20,000 bases of DNA from Neophaeotheca triangularis (lineage: Eukaryota). The translations under genes and the position numbers were made by a program. The notes below the pieces were generated by a model. It searched no databases, was not told the origin of the DNA, and saw nothing but the letters and a program-made list of their open reading frames with translations. The DNA lies in the NCBI GenBank assembly GCA_054600435.1, contig BAAIJX010000022.1:354930-374929 (forward strand). The letters run 5' to 3'. Shown one piece after another: positions 8,250 through 19,300 of this stretch. Every line of letters begins with the position of its first letter. Positions within the stretch are counted from its first letter, which is position 1.

Positions 8250-11200
8250 CTAACGCCCACCCCAAGGAGCGGCCTCCCCGTAATACTCATACACGATGTC
8301 GTCGAGATCGGGCGCAGCGTCGTTGCGCTCAACGCGGGCCTGGTCGTACGCGTTGCGAGCTTGGTCCGGCGGGACGTCATTGAGGTGGCGGTGAAAGTCT
8401 GCTTGAGCGGGATCGAGGTTAGCGGGTAACAGCCTCTCATTAGCTCGGCGGGCGCGTCTTCTGTTGGCTCGCTCACCCTCAAGAAGGTCCTCTGGGTTCT
8501 GGGCACGCGGCTGTTGGTCACGACCATCGTGACGGTGACGGCGGTGGCCTTGATCGTGTCCTCCTCCACCTCTGGGGGCTTGGCCCTGACGGCCGGGGTG
8601 GGGTTGGCCGGCGAGGTTCATGGGGTCGTTCATGGGATTCATCGCGAGCATGGCGTCCCAGGCGGCGTTGACAGGGATCTGATCTCTCACAGCGTCGTCG
8701 AGTCCGCCTGGAAGGCCAAACTCATCATCGAGACCGCCATCTGGGGCGTTGGCGAAGGCGTCCGCGGCCGCTCGAGCACCGCGCCTCTGCTCCATGTGCT
8801 CACGAGCACCAACTTCTCGTAGCGCTTGCTCGCGGGCCATGTCTTCGATTCCCTCCTGTTGCAAGCCTGCGAGATGGCGTGCTCGAACTCTCTGAAACAT
8901 GTTGTCGGCTGCGATATCCCTACGATCACGACCGCCATCACCTTCACGGGCGATGTTGGCACCTCCAGCGTTGGCGGGATTCTGTTGATGAACGTCGGCA
9001 AAGGCTTGCGGGGGCTGTTCGAAACCTTGCACATTCTGAAGAAGTCCGCCAAAGGGTGCAATCATCATAGGCTGGTACATGCCTAGATAGTCATCGGGTC
9101 CGGGGTGGAAATTGGCCGCCTGGGGGTAGCCGTGACGGTATGCTTGCTGGATCTCGGCCACTCGGGCATTGATGTCCTCGTTTGGGAGAGCGACAGCGGG
9201 GCGAGCAGCTGCAGGACGCTGTAGGTGCGCCTGCATCCGGGCGTATAAGTCGTTGTCGTCGTTGGGAGGAGCTCCAGCGGGGCGAGCAGCTGCCGGACGC
9301 TGTAGTTGCGCCTGCATACGGGCGTATAAGTCGTCGTCGTCGTTGGGAGGAGCTTCAGCGGGGCGAGCAGCGGCCTGACGTCGGTGGTGCGCCTGAAAAC
9401 GGGCACGGAGTTGCTCGTTCGGCAGGGGAACAGGAGGACGCCTGGGAGCTGCTCCAGGGGCGGGCATTTGCCGCCATTGGTATGGAGGAATGAGGCCCAG
9501 CGCGCGAGGTGGAGGCTCGTCGACTTCGATTCTGAGGTCCTGGTCTTGTAACTCAGGGTTATTGGCGAGTGCCTCCTCTCGTGCCTTCTTCTCCGCTTTC
9601 TTGACCTCGTTGTGGTGGAAATGATCGACGCTCCCGCCTACGTCGTACATGGCACATTTCTTGTTGCCGTCCTCCGATCGTGGTGCCGGATGTCGGGAGC
9701 GCTGATCGAAGTGAGTGTAATCCCTGATGCTCTCAGAACACACGTAGCATTGGAGGTTACCACACTTGACACAAGCCATTTTGTTGCAGCCCTCAGCCTT
9801 CAAGAAAGCAGTCTTGCACTTGTTGCAGTTGCGAATGAGTGCGGAAGACATCGCTTCGGCGATTTGGTTCTGCAAGGAGACTTTGTTATTGTCAGCGACT
9901 TCTTTGCAAGTCAACGGTATGTGGCTTTTCTTCTTGCAAATGCGGCAGCTGAGCTCGCCGCAGCGCGGATTCTCGCACTGAAAGTGATTGTACCCGTCCT
10001 CTAGGATCGCCTGGTAGGAACAGAATGGGCACCCTTCGAGGCCAGGGATGTCAGCGTTGCGCAACTCTTCTTCTTGGAGCAGGTTCTCGAGCCTTTCGAC
10101 GTCTTTTTGGTTTGGCAGAAGCCTTAGCTGGCTTGTTGCGAGCTTGAGGCCGCACCCGTGTCCTGAGCAAAACACCCTAGTTGACTGGTCGCCTACCATG
10201 GTCTTGACGTAGATTTCAGCGCAATCGTAACAGATATAGTGCACTTGTTCGCCGTCGCAGTGGATAGATCTGTTCATGGGTTCTTTTTCGAAGCACGCCT
10301 GGCACTCGACGAGCTGATTTTCCTCTCTCGCCCTCGCCTTGTTCTCATCGTCAGCCTTTTGCTTCTGCTGTTTAGCTATACGCTGCTCTTGAGCCTCCTG
10401 GACAGCCTTGACTGCTGCGTTGTACTCCTTCTCGATCTCCGGCCCGGCGGCGCTCGCCAGTTCAGAGGCATGCTGCTTGGCTGTTCCAGAATGAGAAGCA
10501 TGATTGTCCCGCGTACGGTGAATCCCTTTTTTAGCTGATCCCGCCGCAATTTCCGAAAGAGCGACGTAGGTAGGGAACAGTTGCTTTTGTTTGGCAAAGG
10601 TATCCTTGATGCACTGGACGGTAAGCGAGGGGAATGAGGCGGTCAAGATGCTCCGAACAGTATCTTTGGCTGCGAGTGGCAGGGTACCTCTCATCCTTGA
10701 CGTGAATTCGCTGAAGTCACTGGCCTCTGGAGAATCCGCACGCTTCCGTTTGCCATTACTCCTGGCAGTCTCTCGCTTTGGGTAGTCGCCTTCGCGGTCA
10801 GCGATCTTGTGTGCGATCCTCTGCGCCCTCTCCTGTGGTGGTAATCCACCCTCGCCAACCTCCCCGCCTCCGTAATTGTTGTAGAGCTCCTCAACGTACT
10901 TTGGCAGGATGTCTGGAAACATCTCCATCACGGTTTGCAGGCACGTGTCAACGGTATAGTTGAGGTGTTTGTGATCAGCGCGATCCATTTCAGTAGCGAC
11001 ACCGTGGTCGAGAGACTCCTGAAAGTGGGCGTTGGCGTTGTCGGTAAGGTCTTCTTCACCGACTGGCGTAGTGAGGCCAGCAAGCTGATCTACGTCGAAG
11101 ATGTCATTCATATTGGGGTCTCCGCCGTTGTTCTCTGCAGGAAGTCTGACCTGGGCCGGCTCGTAAGCGTCGACGTCGATGACTTCGTTGTCGCCCATCC

Positions 11201-11393
11201 GCGCCATCCGAACGACGTCGTCTGGGCCTTGGAGGGGCTGCATGGCCGCGGCGTGATGGCGTGCACGGTGTTGCAGGGGGTGGGTGTCTATTCCTCGCCT
11301 CCTTATTGGTGACGATGAAGGAATGGTGTCGGAGTCGCTGTCGCTGAGTAGGTCAATCAGCACAGGTGTGCGGTGAAGGATGGCTGGAGGCAT
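8250..11393 (-). CDS. RBR (RING1-IBR-RING2) E3 ubiquitin ligase, RNF216/TRIAD3-like, about 1047 aa
   Basis: RING1 CQACF...HCDGEQVHYICYDC...CSGHGC; IBR CPFC...CENPRC...CRICKKKSHIPLTC; RING2 CNKC...EGCNKMACVKC..CYVC with the catalytic Cys in GCNKM. A CUE-like segment (VMEMFPDI) lies upstream and a long low-complexity tail follows. The first ATG is at 11393 (the ORF track uses TTG 11525); the true start is uncertain. Confidence 0.88.
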   Translation of the reverse strand: MPPAILHRTPVLIDLLSDSDSDTIPSSSPIRRRGIDTHPLQHRARHHAAAMQPLQGPDDVVRMARMGDNEVIDVDAYEPAQVRLPAENNGGDPNMNDIFDVDQLAGLTTPVGEEDLTDNANAHFQESLDHGVATEMDRADHKHLNYTVDTCLQTVMEMFPDILPKYVEELYNNYGGGEVGEGGLPPQERAQRIAHKIADREGDYPKRETARSNGKRKRADSPEASDFSEFTSRMRGTLPLAAKDTVRSILTASFPSLTVQCIKDTFAKQKQLFPTYVALSEIAAGSAKKGIHRTRDNHASHSGTAKQHASELASAAGPEIEKEYNAAVKAVQEAQEQRIAKQQKQKADDENKARAREENQLVECQACFEKEPMNRSIHCDGEQVHYICYDCAEIYVKTMVGDQSTRVFCSGHGCGLKLATSQLRLLPNQKDVERLENLLQEEELRNADIPGLEGCPFCSYQAILEDGYNHFQCENPRCGELSCRICKKKSHIPLTCKEVADNNKVSLQNQIAEAMSSALIRNCNKCKTAFLKAEGCNKMACVKCGNLQCYVCSESIRDYTHFDQRSRHPAPRSEDGNKKCAMYDVGGSVDHFHHNEVKKAEKKAREEALANNPELQDQDLRIEVDEPPPRALGLIPPYQWRQMPAPGAAPRRPPVPLPNEQLRARFQAHHRRQAAARPAEAPPNDDDDLYARMQAQLQRPAAARPAGAPPNDDNDLYARMQAHLQRPAAARPAVALPNEDINARVAEIQQAYRHGYPQAANFHPGPDDYLGMYQPMMIAPFGGLLQNVQGFEQPPQAFADVHQQNPANAGGANIAREGDGGRDRRDIAADNMFQRVRARHLAGLQQEGIEDMAREQALREVGAREHMEQRRGARAAADAFANAPDGGLDDEFGLPGGLDDAVRDQIPVNAAWDAMLAMNPMNDPMNLAGQPHPGRQGQAPRGGGGHDQGHRRHRHDGRDQQPRAQNPEDLLEGERANRRRARRANERLLPANLDPAQADFHRHLNDVPPDQARNAYDQARVERNDAAPDLDDIVYEYYGEAAPWGGR
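9181..9375 (-). repeat. Coding tandem repeat, 81-bp (27-aa) unit, about 2.4 copies
   Basis: CAGCGGGGCGAGCAGC recurs on the + strand at 9194, 9275 and 9356 (period 81). It encodes AAARPA[E/G]APPNDD[D/N]DLYARMQA[Q/H]LQRP twice plus a partial third copy. Confidence 0.92.
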
Positions 11394-12216
11394 TTCGATG
11401 GCGGTGCGCTCTTGGCAATTATCGGAGTGAGCTGTGTGAGCGGGATGACGCACGGCCTTGACGCTGCTGCCGAAAAGGGAAAGCACGAAGCTGGTGGCGC
11501 CTGAGGCTGCGCTGCGGGACTTCAAGCCGTTTTCGACACTTCAGAGGGCCAAGGAGTGTCCCGGTTGATCTTACAACACAGATGGAATATTTTTTGGAGA
11601 CTTCGCAACACGAGGAAGAGGAGGCGTAATCCAAGGCCTAGGCGTGGGCAGGGTTGCAGGAAGAAATGATGGGTTTCTGTTTTCCAGACGGGGATGAAAG
11701 TGTAAGACCCTACAGGCTCGGGAGAGGCGTCGTTGGCGGCAGGCAAGTCTTGGGAAGACAGAAGGAGTTGTAGTAGCAGCAGAGATGTGACAGTGGGTTG
11801 CGCTGTCACTACAACAAGGTAGACGAGGCAGGACCAGGAGCGTTGAGAGGCACTGCTTTGTAGGCAGAGCGCGGCTAGGCTGTTCAGCCGTGTTGTGTGC
11901 CTGGGTGGTGAATGGCCGGGCTTGTTGAAGATTCGGACGAGGCTATCATGTCAAGAGGGCCAGAATTTGCAAAGCCTTGCGGACGGAGGTGGGTTCACTG
12001 GAAGGTGTTCAGCGGAGACGGGGGCACTGGTCCAATTTGGCTCGTACGACTGCCTCGACTCTGATTACTACCTTCCCTTACCTACTAACCTTAGGTAGCT
12101 TAGCTAGACGCAACGAGGCACGAAGCGACGGGAGACGAAAGGTGAAAGTCGCAAAGCAGCTGGAATGGTTGCCGTGGGCGTGAAAAGGTCGGGTGTGGTC
12201 CAGCTCATACTTGCTA

Positions 12217-12248
<32 letters not shown>

Positions 12249-12250
12249 CC
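12217..12250. repeat. (CCTG)8.5 tetranucleotide microsatellite
   Basis: Perfect CCTG run of 34 nt. Confidence 0.95.
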
Positions 12251-12425
12251 AGCTGCGAAGTTAAGGTAGGTAACTACTGTAGGAGGTTAGATAAGGTATG
12301 TCTCAGCATGAATGTCTTGTACTACCTTACCTGCCTTACCTTACGCCTCGATTCAACTTACCTTTCAGACTTTGTTGGCACCGTCGGATTTGTCCAGCGT
12401 TTACGACAGCTCTTGAATTTTATCA

Positions 12426-12463
12426 TACCTACCTACCTACCTACCTACCTACCTACCTACCTA
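12426..12463. repeat. (TACC)9.5 tetranucleotide microsatellite
   Basis: Perfect TACC run of 38 nt. Confidence 0.95.
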
Positions 12464-12743
12464 GAGGCCGGTTATGCTGTGGCCAAGGGCCACGGTGTCG
12501 GGTGCCAGCGTTGCCAGCGTCGCCAACAGAGGAATTGCGAACCTATGGGAAGCTCCGCAGCCGTCATCAGGCAAGCATATGTACCATAGCTTGCCTTATC
12601 CAGTATATGGGTAGACATGAGCTGGCTTCTCCATTCTAGGTATGCCTCCTCTGCTTCATCCGGCTTGATTGTATGCGAACATGAGGTGTCATCCTACCTT
12701 GAGGTGCCTCATCTGTCTACCCGACAGTACCTACTGCCTACCT

Positions 12744-12759
12744 CCTTACCTAGGTAAGG
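12744..12759. repeat. Perfect 16-bp palindrome CCTTACCTAGGTAAGG
   Basis: The sequence equals its own reverse complement. Confidence 0.9.
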
Positions 12760-13213
12760 TATCTACGAGATCCATGAACAAGACGATTGCGGGATGGACG
12801 CGACGTTAGAAAGCGGCTCCACTTTCCTCATCGCACCAGTCCGACCGAACAACCGTGGGAAACCCCACACTCGAGCCCCCCCGGGGCCAGGTATATCCGA
12901 GCCAAGCGCTTATCGACGGCCTTTAAGAGGTGTACCCAGGTAGCCCAGGGAGGAAGGATACCACGACATGGAACAATTCATTGGAAGCTTCCATTCCTAC
13001 CATCACCTGCTCTTGACATATTGTGACCAAAGTCGAACCGGCATCGAATGTCAGCTGCTCCTCCTATTACCTAAAAAGCGTAATCCATACACCGCCGTTG
13101 AACAATATAAGTCCTACAAGAGGTCCTCCTTGCTTCCCACAATTTCCTACATCATCATCATTTCCTTGTATTTCCTAGACTCCTACTGTCAATTCAAAAA
13201 GAGCTTCGCAACC

Positions 13214-14474
13214 ATGGTTCCCGTGCAACATCTCCCCAAGGCAGACTCTCCGGACCTCCACCTCGTGCTCGCAACCCCAGCCGAGATCCTCCAGCAACTC
13301 CACCACAACAGCGAAGAATGGCGCGGCGCCCTATCCCTCGACGCCTACTTGCGACGGGAAGAGGTGCTGGGTAGCCAAGAACTGACAAAGAATGGCGGTC
13401 TCACTTCCTGGATGCTTGTGCAGGGCGAGGGCGAAGGCCGGCGTGTGCTGTGTGGGTGCGAGAGTATCAGGAAGAAGGCGCTAGTGGCTGGGCCTGGAGC
13501 TCGGAACGGCGTGGAAGAGGTGGCTTGCCATGGCGTCGCGAGTGTCTTCTGTCCGCATGAATATCGGGGGAGGGGATATGCCGGACGCATGATGCAGGAG
13601 TTGGGGCCGAGACTCAAGGAGTGGGATGCCAGGGGCAAGCGAGTGCTGATGAGTGTGCTGTTTTCTGACATTGGCAAGGTAGGGCGCTGCAATCCAAGAG
13701 ACCACAGGAAAGCGAGTGCTATTCGCTGACATACTACAGACCTTCTACACCAGGCGAGGCTGGCATCCTTTCCCTTCCTCTCATATAACCCTCTCACCAG
13801 CCCCAGCCTCGCACTCGCTCCCAGTGAGCAAACCACTCGGCATAGCCGACCTTGCTCCTTTGTGCATAGAGGACGAAAAGCTGCTACAAAACCGCCTTTC
13901 GAAATCGTCCGCATCCTCGAAAGACAAGACCAACATCGCCATCCTCCCCAACATCGAAACTCTCAAATGGCACCACGCGCGCGAGGAATTCGTTATGAAC
14001 GAGCTAAAATCCGAATACCCCAACCAGACCCCGGGCATCAAGGGCGCCATCATCGGTTCCACGCCCGGCGACCGCGTCTGGTGCTACTGGACCCGCGTCT
14101 GGGCGAACCCCAACGAAAGCAACGGCAACACGCTGCACATCCTACGGCTCGTCATCGACCAAGAGAGCTTCGACGACTTCGATCCCGCAGTACCCGATGC
14201 TGTGGCCAAATACAGCAAGAACGGCGACGACACTCTGACGAGAAAAGTCGCCAGCCTCTTCCAAGCTGCGCAAGAGCAGGCCAAGGAGTGGAACATGCGC
14301 AGCGTGCAGCTCTGGAACCCTTCGAGTTTGGCACTTGCTGCTGCAAGACTTTTGGAGCCCATGGCTGAGGTCACGGAGAGGCAGGAGGACAGTATTGCCA
14401 GTTTGATGTGGTATGGGGAAGGTGATGAGAAGGGGGTTGAGTGGGTTTGTAACGAGAAGTACGGGTGGTGTTAG
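13214..14474 (+). CDS. GNAT-family acetyltransferase, LYC1-like (lysine N-acetyltransferase family), about 399 aa; exons 13214..13678 and 13740..14474
   Basis: EW(R)GALSLDAYLRRE, LCGCESIRK, acetyl-CoA motif A GVASVFCPHEYRGRGYAGRMM; the spliced junction gives SVLFSDIGK-TFYTRRGW; the C-terminus SIASLMWYG...WVCNEKYGWC is typical of this fungal family. A TATAAG sits at 13106-13111 upstream. Confidence 0.85.
13679..13739 (+). other. Spliceosomal intron (61 nt) in the GNAT gene
   Basis: GTAGGG donor (weak), GCTGAC branch at 13725-13730, CAG acceptor ending at 13739; joins the two ORF-track fragments in frame. Confidence 0.85.
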
Positions 14475-16362
14475 TATTCTCCTCTCTTGGGGATGGGGAG
14501 CCGTGTCGATGGCTACAAGCGAGGGAATTCGATCTGCTGACGATTGATCTTTTAGCTTGAGGATGCGGGTTTCGACCTGGATTGCCTTGATCGGGGAGGC
14601 CGGCGAGCAATTGCGGGCCGGCATGAGCATGCGCGTAACGATCTCATGCATGTTCATGCGGATGATGGTGGAGTTAGATCTCAGACACAGGGGAGCACCT
14701 TGCAGGCAGCTACAGCACGGTAGGATCCTGTCCGTCGATCATAATATTGCATCTTGGAGAATGATGAGAAAGGCTGGAAGTGCCCGTCGGAGTTGTACGG
14801 CTTTGGCTGTTGGGTTACGATAGCTACAGTAAACGGTTTGATAGATGGGTACATCTGGTAGTCTCCTGAAGCATCTCCAAGCTATTACAGCTATATTCCT
14901 TGTCGGATGAGCCGCTGGTTCTGGCTATTGCGTGCATTGGGACGACTTGTTGGGAGAAGATGAGGAGCGACCACACGTACTGTAGCATTATTATGGCAGT
15001 AACTATTACATGCATTACCACAGCCATACACTATGATGGATGAGACGTTTGATAACTGCTAGGTAGTATGCGTAGCAAGCGGAATATCGCTGCCCAGCCG
15101 CTTCTGAAGATAAGTAACCCCACCAAGGCAAGATGCAAGTGGCAAGGCAAGACCCTGCCACAGGGCTGGCTGCGTGGAGGCATCCATGAATCTTGATAAA
15201 TTGATGCAATAATAATCAATACCTTACCGGGTTGACCGTCCTTGACATTATTAATCACTTGACGAGTCCGAAAAGTAAGAGCAATTAGTCGGTATCATGC
15301 TCTTGAGAAATTTCAGCCGTAATCCTCGATACGTCTAGTGCAAACTGGTCTATTAAGGTAATCGAGTTTGTTGACATTCATTGATAAAGGCCGCGGCATC
15401 ACCCATGATGGCCCCTCCAAACGCCCAGGGCCCAGCGGGACAGCGGCGTCCCCGGCGACGACGAGCGTTCTCTGTGACGGACTTGCTCCACTCCACTCCA
15501 CTCCGCCGTAGAGATTGTTGTCGCTCCACTCCTGGCAGCGCCGCCGTCGTGGACTCGTGGCTTAGCAGATAAAATCTACCCGAACCAAACCGTCTACCTA
15601 ACCGTACAAGGCAGGGCATACACCTCAGTACCTCCTAGCCTCGTGAACTTCGTACTTGTACCCGTGACGGCAACATCATCGCTAACTTTGAGGCGTCAAC
15701 TCACAAACAAGTGCACCACACCTCGTGTGTTACCTTACCGTAGTAAACATCATCTCACAGTGGAGATTCAGGTCCCTTCGCCCCTCGTGCCTACCATACC
15801 TACCTTACCCAAATACCGTTAAACCTCAGCCTACTGTAACTTGCTGCGGCTTTAGTGGTATACGCCCTCGCACCACCTGCACCACTCGTCGGTGACTCTC
15901 GCCCCAGCATTACCCGTATCTTCATTCCTACCAACACCACCACCACCCATTAATTCTCATCATTTCTGCCTGCCTGCTGCCCCGCGCCTTGAGAGCAGTC
16001 GCTTGCACAACTGCCCAGTCGACCTTGTTCAAAACGGCACGTGCGGGACAGGATTGCATACGCAAGCACCGGCAAGCTTACCACAGCAACCCCCAAACTC
16101 TACCAGCTTTTTCCCACGCCATCCTACGCGGCCAGTCGCGCCATCTGCTGCTTGTCTTGTCGTTCGGTCTAACACGAAAGCACGTGTGTTTGCTCCGCTG
16201 TCTTCTGAGAGCGAACAAGAGACACACACCGCAGTCTCCGCGGTTCAAAATACCAGGCAAACCCACCCCAGCCTCCACCCGAGCGGCCTCACCTCACCTC
16301 TGAGTGGTTTCCTCCCGCCCACCCATCGAGACCCCGCCGCGGGCTCGCACACAGTCGCCAAG

Positions 16363-19300
16363 ATGAGCAACAACGACGATGCCGCGATGCAAGACGTCTA
16401 CCGCAAGATCGACCGCGAAAAGGCCATCATCAAAGCCGCCAACCAGATGCGGCAGGCGAGCAACAACGCCAGCGTCAACTCGCGCGCCGAAACAAACATT
16501 CGCGAAGCGCGCCGCAACATCGCCTACTTTGAGCAGTCGCTAAATGACTTGCAAACGAGGAGACTGGGCGATGGCATGGGAAACATGTCCTTGCAAGGCA
16601 ATGGAGGACCGCCCCCGCCCCCGCAACACGGTGGTTCCGGCGCCGCGCAACCGCCGAGGGGTATGAATAACCAGCTGGGATATGACAGCGCTCAGGCGGA
16701 TTACGGTGCACCTGGACCTGGAGGTTACAGTATGGGTGGTGGACATGGCATGATGCCGCCGCGAGCACCCTATGTCCCTAGCCCCGAGGATCGCGCTTCG
16801 AAGCCGAAAAACCAATACAGCAAGCTTGGTGAGTACATGTACCAGAGGTAGTATCATCGGAGGTTGACGGGACTAACATTACCCAGACCTCATCAAGTCG
16901 GACAACCAGCATCTCGGCCCTCGCATACAGCTCATGTTGTCTCAGCTCGAGTTCAAACTGTCGGTGGAAAAGCAGTACAAAGACGGCATCGAGAAAATGG
17001 TCAAGTTGTACCAGATGGAGGGTGATCGTAAGAGTAGAGCGGATGCAGAAGGCAGGCGGATCGAGAGCACGCAGAAGATTCAGCTGCTTAAGCAAGCGCT
17101 ACGACGATACGCCGATCTACACGTACCCGACAACGCTGTGGACATTCACGACGACGAGAGCTTGGATACGCCTAGTCAGAGGAAGCCGTTGAGCGGGCAT
17201 TTGCAGGTCAAGATATCTGCTGTGGCGGATGTGGACCATGCCGCTGGAGGTAGATTCACACGAGGGCCGGAGACTTTTGTAATCATGAAGGTCGAGGACG
17301 CATTCAAGGGCAGGACTAGAGCAACACGCACCGACAGATGGGAGGGCGAGGTGCACGAGTTTGACGTGGAGAAGGCTAATGAGATTGAGTTTACTGTTTA
17401 CGACAAGACTGGTGACCGCCCGGTACCTATTGGACTGCTCTGGATCAGGATAGCGGACATGGTGGATGAGATTCGTCGGAAGAGGATCGAGACTGAATTT
17501 AATCAGGCGGGATGGATCACGGCGGACAAGATGGGCAACGAAAGCTCTGCGCGGCCAGATTTGCAATTCCAACCGCCCCCTGGCTCTCAAGGGATGCCGC
17601 AGAGCACTGCTTCGGCCGCTGGGGGACAGCCAGGTTCAGGGCTTACACCGCAGACTGGGCCGATCATGATAGAGAACTGGTTCACGCTGGAGCCCGTTGG
17701 CAGGATCCATCTCACGCTGAGCTTCGCTAAGCAAATCAAGGAGAGGCGGCCATTTGACGTTGGTCTTAACCGCAAGGGCGCCGTGCGCCAAAAGAAGGAA
17801 GACATTGTCGAGCAGTACGGCCACAAGTTTGCCGTTCAGACTTTCTACAACATCATGCGTTGCGCGCTTTGCGGAGACTTCCTCAAATACACGGCAGGCA
17901 TGCAGTGCGCCGACTGCAAATATACTTGCCACAAGAACTGCTACCAGAAAGTCGTCACCAAGTGTATCAGCAAATCCAACGCCGATGTCGATCCGGACGA
18001 GGAGAAGATCAACCACCGTATTCCCCACCGCTTCGAGGCTTTCTCCAACATGGGCGCGAACTGGTGCTGCCACTGCGGTTACATGTTACCAATCGGACGC
18101 CGGCAAGCCCGTAAGTGCTCGGAATGCAAGCTCACCTGCCACGCCAATTGCGTACACTTTGTGCCCGACTTCTGCGGTATGAGCATGGAAACGGCTACGG
18201 AGATCATGACGCAGATCAAGAGCAAGAAGCACAAAGTTCCCATGTCTGAGAAATCGCTACGCCCGCCTAGCAGCAGGCCTACGCCGCCACCGCAGCAGCA
18301 AAGCTTTGCCCCGACACCTTCGCACCAGGACCATGCGCAGATTGTTGACCCCACCAAACCGCAAGATAGACCGTTTTCCTATGGCAAAGACCGTCTCAGT
18401 GATCAGTATGATCCTTCGCAGGTCAATCGACCGCCTTCGTACGGTCCTTCTGGGGTGGATTCTGCTGGTGCAGCCAGAGCGAGCATGCAAAGTGCTAGCA
18501 GCATGCCATCTTCCCCAGAAGGCCACCGTCCGCCCGTACAACCGCGTACGCAGTCTTCGCAGTCTGCCGCTCAAGCCGCGGCAAAAGCGCTGTACAGCAA
18601 GGGCTCGGCACAAGAGCAAAGGCAACCACCCTACGCTCGCGGTTCAACCGATCACATGTCTGGCCACCAATCGAGACCATCCCAGCATCAGTATGATGAC
18701 GGCTATCGCGACTCGAGGAAGCCTCTACCTTCATCTCCACCCCCTCAACAGCCGGCGTACGATCCTTCAGCGTATGCGGCTGTCAGCGGGTACCCCACGC
18801 AGCAGTCCTACCAACAACAGCAGATGCAACAGCAACACCCTCCACCTCCGCCGCAAGCACAGAAGCCATACCAGCCTCAGACGCCTCCTGTTCCTCAAGT
18901 TACACCCCCTCAACCCCAGCAATCGCCTCCACCCAAATCTCCGCCCGCTACGACTGTCACGGCACCACCTCACGAAGAGCGCAGACCAGCGCCACCCGCG
19001 AACAGTCAAGGAACAGGCCGTCGTATAGGACTCGACCATTTCAACTTCCTGGCCGTGCTTGGAAAGGGCAATTTCGGCAAAGTCATGCTAGCGGAAACCA
19101 AGCAATCCAAACAACTCTACGCCATCAAAGTGCTCAAGAAAGAATTCATCATCGAAAACGACGAAGTAGAAAGCACACGCAGCGAGAAGCGCGTCTTCCT
19201 CATCGCCAACAAAGAGCGCCACCCCTTCCTCCTCAACCTGCACGCCTGCTTCCAAACCGAAACCCGCGTCTATTTCGTCATGGAGTACATCAGCGGCGGC

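Noticed and set aside
11394..11525. TTG-initiated extension of the RBR ORF
   Set aside because: Only 44 codons, no recognisable motif; explained as 5' UTR.
12968..13213. In-frame upstream ATG giving the GNAT an 82-aa extension with a hydrophobic stretch
   Set aside because: A TATA-like element at 13106 and a pyrimidine-rich tract suggest transcription starts downstream of it; ATG 13214 has a good context (ACCATGG) and family similarity starts there. Not fully excluded without TSS data.
15255..15295. TGACGAGTCCGAAA, hammerhead-like word
   Set aside because: No complementary GGAC to close stem II and no second GAAA core.
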